Shown here piece by piece: positions 49,583 through 59,738 of a stretch of 64,000 bases of DNA. Origin of the DNA: an uncultured virus (IMG/VR IMGVR_UViG_3300025502_000006) (taxonomy: Duplodnaviria > Heunggongvirae > Uroviricota > Caudoviricetes); IMG/VR virus record IMGVR_UViG_3300025502_000006; one strand, written 5' to 3'. Numbering within the stretch: the stretch's first letter is position 1; each line of letters starts with the position of its first letter. The position numbers and the translations under genes were made by a program. The notes beneath the pieces are model-generated. The model did not search any database, was not told the DNA's origin, and saw only the letters and a program-made list of their open reading frames with translations.

Positions 49583-50716
49583 CTATTTAGTCTTGGTCTT
49601 CTTCTTTTTATTTGGTGTTTTAGGAAAAAGATCAATCTGTTCCCAAGGCAAATAAGGTTTGCCGAAGTGACCGTAGTTTGTAGTTGCACTGTAGATAGGA
49701 GAAAATAGATCAAACCTATCAATAATACCCATAGGTGACAAGTCTACATTTTCTCGTATCCACTTAGTCAAGCCTCTGCTATCTTTGTCACTTTCGACAT
49801 AGACACTTGTAGGTTGTTCTACTCCAATTGCATAACTTAATTGAATAGTTGCCCAGTCAGCCTGACCAGATGCTACGATATTCTTTGCTAGATAACGAGC
49901 CATGTATGCCGCAGATCGATCTACTTTCGAAGGGTCTTTTCCTGAGAATGCTCCACCTCCATGCGGGGCACTTCCCCCATATGTGTCAACAATAATCTTT
50001 CTACCTGTCAGGCCTGTGTCTCCATCTGGTCCACCGATCACAAATCTTCCTGTAGGGTTGATTAAGAATTTTGTCTGGTCATCAACCAACTCTTCTGGTA
50101 CAGTTTTAAGAATAAGTTCTTTAATTTGTTCTCTCACTGTATCAATATCTATCTCTTCTGCGTGTTGAGTAGAGCATACTATGTTGTCTATACGCCTGAC
50201 TGTGGAATCGTCATTGTATTCGATAGTTACTTGTGATTTTGAATCTGGACCCAGCCATGGAAGAAGTCCTTGCTTTCTAACAACAGCTAACATTTCTACA
50301 ATTCTATGAGAATAGTATAGAGGTGCAGGCATGTAATTATCTGTTTGATTGCATGCATAACCAAACATTATGCCTTGATCTCCGGCACCGAATTTATCAG
50401 TGCCTAAAGCAATATCAGGTGACTGACCATGTAATAGATTAGTCACTTGTAAGTTGTTCCAATGAAAGCCGGGTTGCTCGTAGCCGATGTTCTTGACTAC
50501 TCTTCGGACTAGATATTCAACATCTAGGTTGTCGATTTCGCCTTTGTATTCTCCAGCAACGGTGACTTGATTAGTTGTAACCAATGTCTCGCATGCACAT
50601 CTTAATGCAGGATTTTTATGTTGCATGAACGAATCTAAAATTGCATCGCTAATAGCATCTGATACTTTGTCAGGATGTCCTTCACTTACACTTTCACTTG
50701 TAAAATAATAACTCAT
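49583..50716 (-). CDS. metK: S-adenosylmethionine synthetase
   Basis: FTSESVSEGHPDK, GAGDQG, GGGAFSGKD; promoter TTGATC-N17-TATAAT with embedded TAAATA at 50742-50770. Confidence 0.98.
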   Translation of the reverse strand: MSYYFTSESVSEGHPDKVSDAISDAILDSFMQHKNPALRCACETLVTTNQVTVAGEYKGEIDNLDVEYLVRRVVKNIGYEQPGFHWNNLQVTNLLHGQSPDIALGTDKFGAGDQGIMFGYACNQTDNYMPAPLYYSHRIVEMLAVVRKQGLLPWLGPDSKSQVTIEYNDDSTVRRIDNIVCSTQHAEEIDIDTVREQIKELILKTVPEELVDDQTKFLINPTGRFVIGGPDGDTGLTGRKIIVDTYGGSAPHGGGAFSGKDPSKVDRSAAYMARYLAKNIVASGQADWATIQLSYAIGVEQPTSVYVESDKDSRGLTKWIRENVDLSPMGIIDRFDLFSPIYSATTNYGHFGKPYLPWEQIDLFPKTPNKKKKTKTK

Positions 50717-50788
50717 GTTTGGTAGGTCCTGTACTCAGTACATTATATACTAGTATTTAACATAGATCAAGTGGGCTATAAAAAAATA

Positions 50789-53700
50789 TTAATTAATTAA
50801 TTCCCAACAATCGCAATTGCAGTGTATCACTGTCTCTATTGCTTCATCAATTGTTGGTTGGCCAACAGGAATAGTTGATGGTTTCGGGTTAATGAATTTA
50901 GGTGCTTTTATGACAACGGGCTCGGCTGTTGATGCTGGTTGAGCAACAGTAGGGGGTTGGGTCTGGGCACTCGGAGGACCAACCGTCACCCACGAAGAAA
51001 CTTGTGGATTGTCTACCCCTTCGATAATAGGCGTATAGTCGCCTTCAGTTACTGCAGGTACTGGGTAGAAAATAGGGGCCACGTATATTCCTTCAGGTGC
51101 TATATAATTCCCCTCAACAACAGGCCACGAAGGATTAGTGTATTCAATGCCTGCAGGGGTCTTGATCCCTTCAATTGCCCCTGGAGCTGTGTTATTGACA
51201 ATTAGTGTTAGCGCAAGATCATCTGGCATCTGATCAGGAATATTGTTGTTCATCGGGATGCCACAGTCGGTCAGTTTCATTTGATTTCGTTCTTGTCTCA
51301 TCATAGCAACCATGTTCTGGCCTACGTCACAATCTCTGTCTACAATCATTTCGATTGTCTGTGCTGACATGTGAGGCCTCACATCTTGCGAGTATTCGGG
51401 CATGCTATCAACAAAACTAATTATATTTTGATTACTATTTACGAATCCATCTCTGGGAACTTCAACTGGATTTAATGCTATATATCTCGATCTTTGTTCT
51501 ACTTTGAGTTGTCTTCCCAAAACATTCCAAGCTAAGTTTAATTGTTCCACTCCGCCGGTATAACCTACATCTGGATCCACGATATTTATAATTTCGGCAT
51601 TTGCTTCATCGATGTAATCTTGTACAACTGTGTCATAGTTTATAGTTCCGCCATTAACTCCACTCGTTGAAAAAGCAGTGTATTGAGCAGATGGTGGAGA
51701 TTCAATTGTTGCTGTCGGGATATTCGCGATAGTACCTGTTGCTCCGGTGATGGTTGTTACTCTACCAAAAGTGCCTGCACCATTTGAACCAGTATCTTTA
51801 TCACTTCTACCAATAGTCGCGGTACCCGTGAGACCGTCAGAGAATGCTATAGTTGGGGTAGCCGCGCCTGCTCGTCCATAACCTCCACCAGAATCAACGA
51901 TAGTCCAGCCAGTAATAGTGTATGGACCGGTACCAGTATATATAGGTGCAATAGTGGCTTGCTCCCATGCCACTGCTAGATATAATTGTTGATAAATCCT
52001 TGCAAGAGTTGAACGGTTTGTTGTTTGAGTAACACCTGTTTTATTAATTTCTCTGTATATAATATTCCAAGCATAAGGCAGACCAGACATACAACCAAAG
52101 AAGTCTGAATGAGTAAACAATCCTCCTACTCCACTGCCTTGTGCTATTTTTAATGCAACTTCTGATTGCAAAGTTTCGTTAATGGGTTTCGCAAGAGTAG
52201 TGGTAGTAGTTCCGTCATCGTTAACTGTTGTTTCAGGTGCAGTGCCGTTTGCGCCTGAGCCATTATTAGAATTTATTTCTAATCCAGAAATACACCCACC
52301 AATATTACCTGGAGTAATTTGTTCGATATTACTAATCTGTAGCATGGTGTATCTAAATGCGGCGGCGGCCAGACCAATAGCTGTTGGTATAACTATATTA
52401 GGGCCACCTAAATAAGAATCAAATCCAATTACTGTCTCTGTAATAATATTTTCTGGTCGGTCATCTCTAACAGTAGGGGTGCCTGAAACAACTAATGTTC
52501 CGACAATTTTCTTGACACCGTTCGTGTTAATGGCTGAATTGACTGATCCGTCGCTGTTATATATTAAGTAATATGTTTTTGAACCAGTAGGCATATTAAG
52601 AGTGGTATTGTATACAGGAACAGTTAGAGTTGACCATACATTTTGCCATTGAAACAATCGTTTCACATCTAAACAATCAGCCAAAGTCCTAATAGGATAA
52701 TCAGAGGCATCACTCGTTAAAAGTTGCCAGTATGACGTTAATGGCGCAATACAATTGTATAGATTCTCTCCAGTGATTGCCAAGAATGCACTGTATATTT
52801 GTTTTTCTTGTAGGACAGATGCGGCCCGCTGTCCTTTAGAAATCTTTTTGATCGCCGTAGCTGGTAGACCGGCTCCACCCAATAACAAGTTTAAATCTTG
52901 TGTTATTCCACCGTTCACGTATAATTGTTGCAACAAAGTCGAAGGATAACCAAATCTATCCAATCTCTTTAAATCTATTAGTTTGCCGGTATGTTCTAAT
53001 CCCAGTCCAAATTCTTTAAGTGCTTTACTGACGCCAGCAAAATCACTGGTCATCAAATCATCCATGTTACTAAACGAGCCTTCTAAAAAGGTGTCAGCAT
53101 TTAGAGCAGTTTGAATGGTAGAGTTAGTGTAGTTAATATACCCATCTACAGTAGAAAAAGATGCGGTAAAATCTTCATATTTAGGAGTTGCTTGTCCTTC
53201 TAAAGCCTCTGAGGCGTGCCAATTAAATTCGTTGTGTGCTTGTAGAGCATGACATCTTATCCAACCCCACTGAGTAATGCTTTTGTTGGTATTAGTAGTA
53301 TCATATGGAGCCCAGGTTGCTGATTGTCCGTAATTAGTATCGCCTTCTACTGAGTAGCCTGCGTTTGCTGGACCTACCAAAGCTGGAGATGTTACTGTTC
53401 CTGTACCTTGGGTTGCTGTTCCAGTTCCGTCACCCACATCTACCGCATACAACCGCTGTCCTACTTTAAATGACTTAAATGTATCAGTAGATACTGATTG
53501 ATCGATGTCTACTGTGTATTCTCCTACTCCACCAGGAGCTCCAGAAACTTGTGCTGTAATAATAGTTCCAGGCTCAAGATCATTTGGACCATATAATTGA
53601 TCTCCTACAGCAAGATTTTGAGGAGTATATAGTTCTGCCATGGCCGTTACTGTCATGGTAGTGTCTACTATTTCTGCTGTGAATTCTGAGGCTTCTGTTG

Positions 53701-54265
53701 CTCCAGCAGTTTCCCAATCAGTTGTTCCTAAAGAGGCTATTATATATTCTTGTGTAACAACAAAATTACCACTATTTACAAGCCCACTAGCAGTTGCTAC
53801 GAATTCAATTCCTATGATATTGTCTGCGGCGCCTAAAGCAGTAAAGTCAGTATTGCCGACGGTCACAATAGTATATGTAGGACCAATTAGAAAACTGCCT
53901 ACGTTTGCTGTCGTTAGTCCAGCAAATGCTAAAGATTTTTCAGTCCATATCCCAGAAGAATCTTCGATAACATAAGTAGGTGGTTTTGCATTCCCCAGTG
54001 CTGGGCATGCTCCATCACCACTAATTGATATAAGATTGTTGTAAGTTGCATCTGAGACTTGGCCTCTAATAAATGCATCATTGATAGACCACGTCAACAT
54101 TCGAAGTACTGTGCCTTCTATGAGATGGCCAAAGGTGTAAGTACTATTAGACCGACTAATTCCCATATAGTATTCAGCATTTTTATTGATCTGAAGACAT
54201 CTATTTTGTAGTATTCCGCCTAAAACGTTTATTCCAATCGGACTTTGTTTACCTGTATGCGCCAT
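50789..54265 (-). CDS. large putative virion structural protein
   Basis: 1158 aa, Gly/Thr-rich; Y.I.T.G.TDF repeats, SGGGY motif; directly downstream of PAAR. Confidence 0.7.
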   Translation of the reverse strand: MAHTGKQSPIGINVLGGILQNRCLQINKNAEYYMGISRSNSTYTFGHLIEGTVLRMLTWSINDAFIRGQVSDATYNNLISISGDGACPALGNAKPPTYVIEDSSGIWTEKSLAFAGLTTANVGSFLIGPTYTIVTVGNTDFTALGAADNIIGIEFVATASGLVNSGNFVVTQEYIIASLGTTDWETAGATEASEFTAEIVDTTMTVTAMAELYTPQNLAVGDQLYGPNDLEPGTIITAQVSGAPGGVGEYTVDIDQSVSTDTFKSFKVGQRLYAVDVGDGTGTATQGTGTVTSPALVGPANAGYSVEGDTNYGQSATWAPYDTTNTNKSITQWGWIRCHALQAHNEFNWHASEALEGQATPKYEDFTASFSTVDGYINYTNSTIQTALNADTFLEGSFSNMDDLMTSDFAGVSKALKEFGLGLEHTGKLIDLKRLDRFGYPSTLLQQLYVNGGITQDLNLLLGGAGLPATAIKKISKGQRAASVLQEKQIYSAFLAITGENLYNCIAPLTSYWQLLTSDASDYPIRTLADCLDVKRLFQWQNVWSTLTVPVYNTTLNMPTGSKTYYLIYNSDGSVNSAINTNGVKKIVGTLVVSGTPTVRDDRPENIITETVIGFDSYLGGPNIVIPTAIGLAAAAFRYTMLQISNIEQITPGNIGGCISGLEINSNNGSGANGTAPETTVNDDGTTTTTLAKPINETLQSEVALKIAQGSGVGGLFTHSDFFGCMSGLPYAWNIIYREINKTGVTQTTNRSTLARIYQQLYLAVAWEQATIAPIYTGTGPYTITGWTIVDSGGGYGRAGAATPTIAFSDGLTGTATIGRSDKDTGSNGAGTFGRVTTITGATGTIANIPTATIESPPSAQYTAFSTSGVNGGTINYDTVVQDYIDEANAEIINIVDPDVGYTGGVEQLNLAWNVLGRQLKVEQRSRYIALNPVEVPRDGFVNSNQNIISFVDSMPEYSQDVRPHMSAQTIEMIVDRDCDVGQNMVAMMRQERNQMKLTDCGIPMNNNIPDQMPDDLALTLIVNNTAPGAIEGIKTPAGIEYTNPSWPVVEGNYIAPEGIYVAPIFYPVPAVTEGDYTPIIEGVDNPQVSSWVTVGPPSAQTQPPTVAQPASTAEPVVIKAPKFINPKPSTIPVGQPTIDEAIETVIHCNCDCWELIN

Positions 54266-54274
54266 TAATTACCT

Positions 54275-54553
54275 CTAAGGTACAAACACATTGTCAGAGC
54301 CTTCAACGATCTGGTGACCACAATCATTACTTGAGCCTACCCTAAGAACAGGTTTACCTTCACAAAATACAGTAGGACTGCCGTCGGTGGTCTTTGCGGC
54401 TTTGTGCGGTTTTTTGTTTGGTTTGGGTCCGTGAGGACTGATATCACTAACATGTAAGCCTATAGGTTTGCCATTGGCGAATACGGTAGATGCACCTTTA
54501 AGGATTTTTCCACCTGTAGTATTCTTATCTCCTTCTCGACTTAGTTTAGCCAT
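54275..54553 (-). CDS. PAAR-like spike tip protein (T4 gp5.4-like)
   Basis: REGD..GG.I..G..TVFANG...H...H...GSPTVF..G.PV.RVG...CGH...GSDNVF. Confidence 0.9.
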   Translation of the reverse strand: MAKLSREGDKNTTGGKILKGASTVFANGKPIGLHVSDISPHGPKPNKKPHKAAKTTDGSPTVFCEGKPVLRVGSSNDCGHQIVEGSDNVFVP

Positions 54554-54559
54554 GTAGTG

Positions 54560-54874
54560 TTATCCCATTACTATTTGCTTATTTGGTACTGTTATACCTG
54601 TTGTTGCTTCTCTGTATTTGTCTCTAACTGAGGTCTCAGTTTCGGCAAAGAGTGACACGCTAGTACTATTTAGTGTTACGGGTAACAGCGGATCGTAGGT
54701 GAACAGACTAGGGATAAGTCCCATACCTTGTGGACCTGGTGCACAAGAAACAGGATGTTCGATAATAATATCGCCACCTTGACTGTCAAGGTCAGTTACT
54801 TTTGCAATTAATTCTTCACCACTGCTTAGTTTAAATGTGTAAACTGTATTTATTTTTATATCTGCTATATTCAT
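54560..54874 (-). CDS. conserved-looking phage protein (Sm-like fold suspected)
   Basis: KLSSGEELIAK...Y...TTGI. Confidence 0.7.
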   Translation of the reverse strand: MNIADIKINTVYTFKLSSGEELIAKVTDLDSQGGDIIIEHPVSCAPGPQGMGLIPSLFTYDPLLPVTLNSTSVSLFAETETSVRDKYREATTGITVPNKQIVMG

Positions 54875-54875
54875 C

Positions 54876-55100
54876 TTATCCCGCTAATTTTATTTTTAAT
54901 TCAGTGTAGCCACCGATATATTCTTCATTTAAAAAGATTTGAGGTACCGTCTGAGCATTCGGCACAACTTCTAACAAGTCTTTCAATGTGTAGACAGAGC
55001 CGATCTGCTTTTCTTCAATTTCAATATTATGTGTGTCAAGTAATTTCTTTGCTTGATCACAATAGGTGCAACTATCTTTACTCCATACTACTGCTTTCAT
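54876..55100 (-). CDS. glutaredoxin
   Basis: CTYC, TVPQIF, IGGY. Confidence 0.95.
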   Translation of the reverse strand: MKAVVWSKDSCTYCDQAKKLLDTHNIEIEEKQIGSVYTLKDLLEVVPNAQTVPQIFLNEEYIGGYTELKIKLAG

Positions 55101-55169
55101 TGTATCTCCTGGATTAGTTTAATGTTATTATATCTATATTTAATGCAGTTCTGACTGGTCGAATTATAT

Positions 55170-56273
55170 TTAATTTAATTCTGGTAACGCACCGTAGTCT
55201 AACGATTCAGACATCACGCCCACTACGTAATTAGTAGATTCGTTTTCTTGTAATGCTGTCTGTTTTTTACTAGTATCACTGTGTTTATTAAACCACGGTA
55301 TTGGACTATTTCTAGCCGCAGGTTCTTGGTATTTGATACCAATTGACTTGAGTGAGTCAAGTGCGGTGTAGTCTACGAAGTCTTTGAGTATATTTGCATT
55401 AAGGCCGATGACCGGCCCTTTCTGGAATAAGTAATCAGCCCATTCTTTTTCTTCGCGTATAACATCCATGTACATCTTATATACTTCTGTTTCGCATTCT
55501 CTTGCAATTTTGGCAAATCTGTCATCTTCTTTGACAACTTGATTAATGATCCAGCCTGTCCAACCCTTGTGCAATAGTTCATCTTGTAAGATCAATGAAA
55601 TAATGTTGCCATTACCCATAAAGATTCGATTCTCAACCATTGCCAGTGAGGTAGCGAATGATACCATAAATCGCAATGCTTCTAAGGCATAACTAGCATG
55701 TAGAGCCAGCCAGATTGCCTTAATATGAGCATCTTCAGAAACTTTTTTACCCAATTCTTTCTTGCAATTCAATTGATGCAGTCCCTCGTAATAATCACCC
55801 ACACTAGATGCCATATCAGCAATTTCTTGTGTGTCGTGTATCGTATTGAATATATCTTTTGGTACATTATATATATTTCTAATAATATGACTATATGAAC
55901 GCGAGTGTATGTTTGTTTCAAAGAACGACCAGTTGTACATCAACGCTTCTAGTTCAGGAAGACTAACAACAGGCGTGAACACTTGCACAGGGCCTCTGCC
56001 TTGTAAACTATCTAGTGCGGTCTGTCTCAGGACGTTACTGGTGAATATGTGTTTAACTGCATCACTTGCCTCTTTAAAGTCACTTGCATCTTTTGTTAAA
56101 CTAATTTCTTCTGGGATCCAAAAGAATCCTCTTGCTGTTTCTTCAAAGTTGGCAATTTTATCATATTTAACTTCTTCAAACCGCTGAATTGTTACTGGAC
56201 CAGCTGGATCTAAAAACATCTTTCTGTCCAGATAGTCTGTTTGCTTTGTTAAATCGTATTGTTCTTTACTCAT
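55170..56273 (-). CDS. nrdB: class Ia ribonucleotide reductase beta subunit
   Basis: FFW.PEE, LDSLQGR, ETNIHSRSY, EALRF, DELLH, ALQE.E...Y. Confidence 0.97.
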   Translation of the reverse strand: MSKEQYDLTKQTDYLDRKMFLDPAGPVTIQRFEEVKYDKIANFEETARGFFWIPEEISLTKDASDFKEASDAVKHIFTSNVLRQTALDSLQGRGPVQVFTPVVSLPELEALMYNWSFFETNIHSRSYSHIIRNIYNVPKDIFNTIHDTQEIADMASSVGDYYEGLHQLNCKKELGKKVSEDAHIKAIWLALHASYALEALRFMVSFATSLAMVENRIFMGNGNIISLILQDELLHKGWTGWIINQVVKEDDRFAKIARECETEVYKMYMDVIREEKEWADYLFQKGPVIGLNANILKDFVDYTALDSLKSIGIKYQEPAARNSPIPWFNKHSDTSKKQTALQENESTNYVVGVMSESLDYGALPELN

Positions 56274-56282
56274 TATATATTC

Positions 56283-56846
56283 CTAATAATAGTTTCCAAA
56301 TCTAATGCCCATAATCATTCGTGTAGCATCACCGCTTTTTTCATTCATCAATATAGTCCAGTGTGGTTCATCTGTCGTATATACTACTAGTCTGTTAGGT
56401 AAAGGTAAATATTCTTCCTCTGTACTAAAACACAGATGCCCTCCCCATTCTTCTTCCCATTCATTGTGACTAAAAAGAAATGCTTTATAATTCTTTGCTA
56501 ATTCATCAAAATCAATTGGTATTGATTTTGAATCTACATGCCTTCTAATAATATAACCTTGATTCATAAAAGCATAATGTGTACTTTCTACATCTGGAAT
56601 TGACTTGTCAATTGCAGTCTCAATATAGTTTCTAACTTTATTAATAATAGGTCCTATATGGGCGCCTAAATGCATACTTGGAAACAAAATATCACCGTGT
56701 AGTTCTGTGTATGCTAATGAATATGATTTTTCATTTCCTACATCATCTGCCTTTCTGGATTTAGCACTATCAATTTTTGACAACATAGAAGCGTTTAGTA
56801 TGTCAAACGTTTCGTTGTCTAAAAAATTATCAACACTTAAAATCAT
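56283..56846 (-). CDS. 2OG-Fe(II) oxygenase
   Basis: DNFLD, HVD, W...WGG.L, PNRLV, PH, R. Confidence 0.85.
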   Translation of the reverse strand: MILSVDNFLDNETFDILNASMLSKIDSAKSRKADDVGNEKSYSLAYTELHGDILFPSMHLGAHIGPIINKVRNYIETAIDKSIPDVESTHYAFMNQGYIIRRHVDSKSIPIDFDELAKNYKAFLFSHNEWEEEWGGHLCFSTEEEYLPLPNRLVVYTTDEPHWTILMNEKSGDATRMIMGIRFGNYY

Positions 56847-59177
56847 TTATAATTTGCAGGATTCACAGTCATCATCATCAAATGCCGGATCGTCTATGTA
56901 TTGTTTTGCTATTTGTACTACGTCATCTTGTCTTTTTACGCCTGCTTTGTTTATCAAACTGTAGTAAAAAGTCTTCAATCCCCAATGATGGGCCTTCATC
57001 AAGTTTGTAGCGATTAATGTTGTTGGTACTTTTTGGTTGTCGAAGAAAGCAGGGTTGTAGAATGTATTTGTTGAAATACTTTGATCCACATAGGCCGCTA
57101 ACACCGATGCTGTTTTAATATAATCTATACAATCTGTTTGTTCCCACATCATCTGATAAGAGTTTCTTACTCGTTTGATGTGATAGTCAGGTACTACTTG
57201 CGTTAATGATCCTGCTTTGCTTTCTTTAACCGAAATCAAACTCATTGGCATTTCGATGCCGTTCGTAGAGTTAATAACAACTGATGAAGATTCCACAGGA
57301 GCAATCGCCATTAGCGTTGCATTTCTGACTCCGTACTCTTTCATATCTGTTCTAAGTGTTTCCCAATCACATTCAGGCTTAAAGTTTACTAACTCGTTAA
57401 CTCCTTTTGCTCTGCGTTCCCATGGGAAAACTCCCTGACCATAAAATGTTTTATGTGAATCTAAACAAGGCCCTCGGTCTTTTGCAAGTTCTACTGTTGC
57501 TTGAGTCAAGAAGAATGCTTGGTGTTCCATCCAAGATTTAACATCTTGAAGAGCATCTTTATCTCCATATTTGTAGTCACGCTTTGCATGCCAGTATGCC
57601 AGATTAGTTACCCCAATACCCAATGGAGATATTTCGTCGTTACTTAATTTACTTTGAATCGATAAGAAGTCTTGGTATTCTAAAATATTACACAAACTAC
57701 GGTGTAGTATGCGACATGCTCTCCGCATGTCCTCAGGGTGGCGGAATGCGCCCCAGTTGATCGAGCCAAGTGTGCAGAGGGCAATGCGACCCTTATCATC
57801 ATCTAATCGTTTAAAGGGCTTTGTTGGCAATAATACCTCTAAACAAAGATTACTTTGATAGATCGGATTTACTTTGGGATCGAACGGGCCTTGATTCATT
57901 ACGTTATCTATATAGACTAGATAGATTCTACCGGTGTCTGTTCTTTCTTTTAAGATACCAGATTTAAATACTTCTTCTGCTGACATTGTTTTCTTACGGA
58001 GTTTGCGACTCTTTTCATATTTTACATAGAGTTCTTCGAATAACGGAGTATCTGAGTAGAATGCTTCATAAAGATCAGGTACTTCATTTGGATCAAAGAA
58101 TGTAATATTTTCTTTGTTTTTAAACCGTTTCCAAAAGAACGAAGATAGAATAACACCGTAATCCATGTGTCTAACTCTTGTCTCGTCTGTCCCTTGGTTG
58201 TTTTTAAGCACAATCAAATCATCAAACTGATGATGCCATATGGGGTAAAAGACTGTTGCACTTGCATTTCGAATGCCACCCTGTGAACATGAACGCAAGT
58301 CTCCAAACCATTTCTTCAAGAAGGGTATCATGCCTGTATGCATGATCTCTCCGCCTCTTATCGGTGATCCCAAGGGCCTTAATCGTCCTATTTCAAGACC
58401 AATGCCGGCCCGTTTACTCGCATACTTTGCCATCATCTCGCCAGATGCGAATATACTGTCTAAGTCATCGTCACTTTTAATGAGAACACAAGAGCTAAAC
58501 TGTTTAGTAGGCGTACCGAGTCCAGCAAGTACAGGTGTTGCTAATGTAAATAAACCGTCACTAGCACATTGATAGTATTCTTTGACAAATCGCATTCTTG
58601 CTATCTGTGGTTCTTCTTTATGAAAAACAGTGGCCGCCGCAATTATATATCTTACCTGCGGTGTCTCGTATATCTGGCCGGTTGAACGATTGCGAACAAG
58701 ATATTTACCGATCATTTGCTCTACTGCGGCATATGAATACCCTTCATCTTTTTCATGATCGATGATGGTATTCATCTTATTCCATTCATCTTCTGAGTAC
58801 CATTCTAATAGTTCTGGGGTATATAATCCAGAACTGACATTTGTTTTTACTATTTCGTAGAGGTGCGGAGGAGTATAACCACCATATACATCTTTTCGCA
58901 ACATGGACAAACGTTGTTTGCCTGCCACATATTGATAATTGGTATGCCCTGTTTCTGGATTTTGTTCTACATCGATTAGATCAACGATAGCACGTAACGT
59001 AAGACCATCGATTTCTCTGGTAGTAATACCGTCAAAAAAATGTGGTTGCGAAGTGATTTCAATCATCGACTGAGATACGTCTGATACTCCTTCACATATT
59101 TTTGCTATTTGCGCTTGCCATTTTTCTAAGGCTAGTTCTTCTACCTTACCTGATCGTTTAGTAACTTTTATATTCAT
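56847..59177 (-). CDS. nrdA: class Ia ribonucleotide reductase alpha subunit
   Basis: ATP-cone VTKRSG, FSSC, SNLCLE, LCTL, KTFYY, C-terminal CESC. Confidence 0.98.
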   Translation of the reverse strand: MNIKVTKRSGKVEELALEKWQAQIAKICEGVSDVSQSMIEITSQPHFFDGITTREIDGLTLRAIVDLIDVEQNPETGHTNYQYVAGKQRLSMLRKDVYGGYTPPHLYEIVKTNVSSGLYTPELLEWYSEDEWNKMNTIIDHEKDEGYSYAAVEQMIGKYLVRNRSTGQIYETPQVRYIIAAATVFHKEEPQIARMRFVKEYYQCASDGLFTLATPVLAGLGTPTKQFSSCVLIKSDDDLDSIFASGEMMAKYASKRAGIGLEIGRLRPLGSPIRGGEIMHTGMIPFLKKWFGDLRSCSQGGIRNASATVFYPIWHHQFDDLIVLKNNQGTDETRVRHMDYGVILSSFFWKRFKNKENITFFDPNEVPDLYEAFYSDTPLFEELYVKYEKSRKLRKKTMSAEEVFKSGILKERTDTGRIYLVYIDNVMNQGPFDPKVNPIYQSNLCLEVLLPTKPFKRLDDDKGRIALCTLGSINWGAFRHPEDMRRACRILHRSLCNILEYQDFLSIQSKLSNDEISPLGIGVTNLAYWHAKRDYKYGDKDALQDVKSWMEHQAFFLTQATVELAKDRGPCLDSHKTFYGQGVFPWERRAKGVNELVNFKPECDWETLRTDMKEYGVRNATLMAIAPVESSSVVINSTNGIEMPMSLISVKESKAGSLTQVVPDYHIKRVRNSYQMMWEQTDCIDYIKTASVLAAYVDQSISTNTFYNPAFFDNQKVPTTLIATNLMKAHHWGLKTFYYSLINKAGVKRQDDVVQIAKQYIDDPAFDDDDCESCKL

Positions 59178-59184
59178 TCTTATC

Positions 59185-59622
59185 CTAGTCTGTATTGTGG
59201 TGTATTGTCGTTATGTCAATATGCTTGATATTTGTGAATTTTTCCAACTGAGTATTTAACACGCAGTCTGGCCAGTAATTCAATGCATACTTTGCGTTGT
59301 CTACCAAGACTAATACCACATCTATGCCATTGTAATCGGTTGCTGATACCAAGTCAACCTCTTTTATACCCAACAAAGCTAATGTGTATATCATTCCTAA
59401 CGCTCTGGAATAGTAACAATATATGTTATCGTGTAGTAACTGCCAAGGCTTTGGCCAGATTGCTATGTCGTGTGGATGTAAATAATATTTGTTTAATGGG
59501 CATTGTTGCCAAAACTTGTCAACTTCTACGCATGTATATTCCAGATCAAGTTGGTCAAGTGATTGTCTTAGTCTATGCCATTCCGCGAGTCTTTGTTCGA
59601 AATTCATTGTAAAAACATTCAT
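59185..59622 (-). CDS. hypothetical protein
   Basis: 145 aa; TAAGTA 5 nt upstream of the ATG. Confidence 0.75.
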   Translation of the reverse strand: MNVFTMNFEQRLAEWHRLRQSLDQLDLEYTCVEVDKFWQQCPLNKYYLHPHDIAIWPKPWQLLHDNIYCYYSRALGMIYTLALLGIKEVDLVSATDYNGIDVVLVLVDNAKYALNYWPDCVLNTQLEKFTNIKHIDITTIHHNTD

Positions 59623-59669
59623 ATAGCTACTTATCTTATTTTTATGTACGTGTTATAAATTCTCTAGGT

Positions 59670-59738
59670 TGAAAGAGCAACTTTCGTTGCCCTTTCGGTG
59701 TGGCGCTTTGCAACGTCACGATTCTAAGGTAGTTAGAA
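59670..59738 (-). terminator. three consecutive hairpins after the fibre stop codon
   Basis: ATTCTAA/TTAGAAT, GTGACG/CGCCAC, GAAAGGGCAAC-GAAA-GTTGCTCTTTC. Confidence 0.55.

Noticed and set aside
55170..59177. Intron or intein in nrdA/nrdB
   Set aside because: Both ORFs are continuous and of ordinary length.
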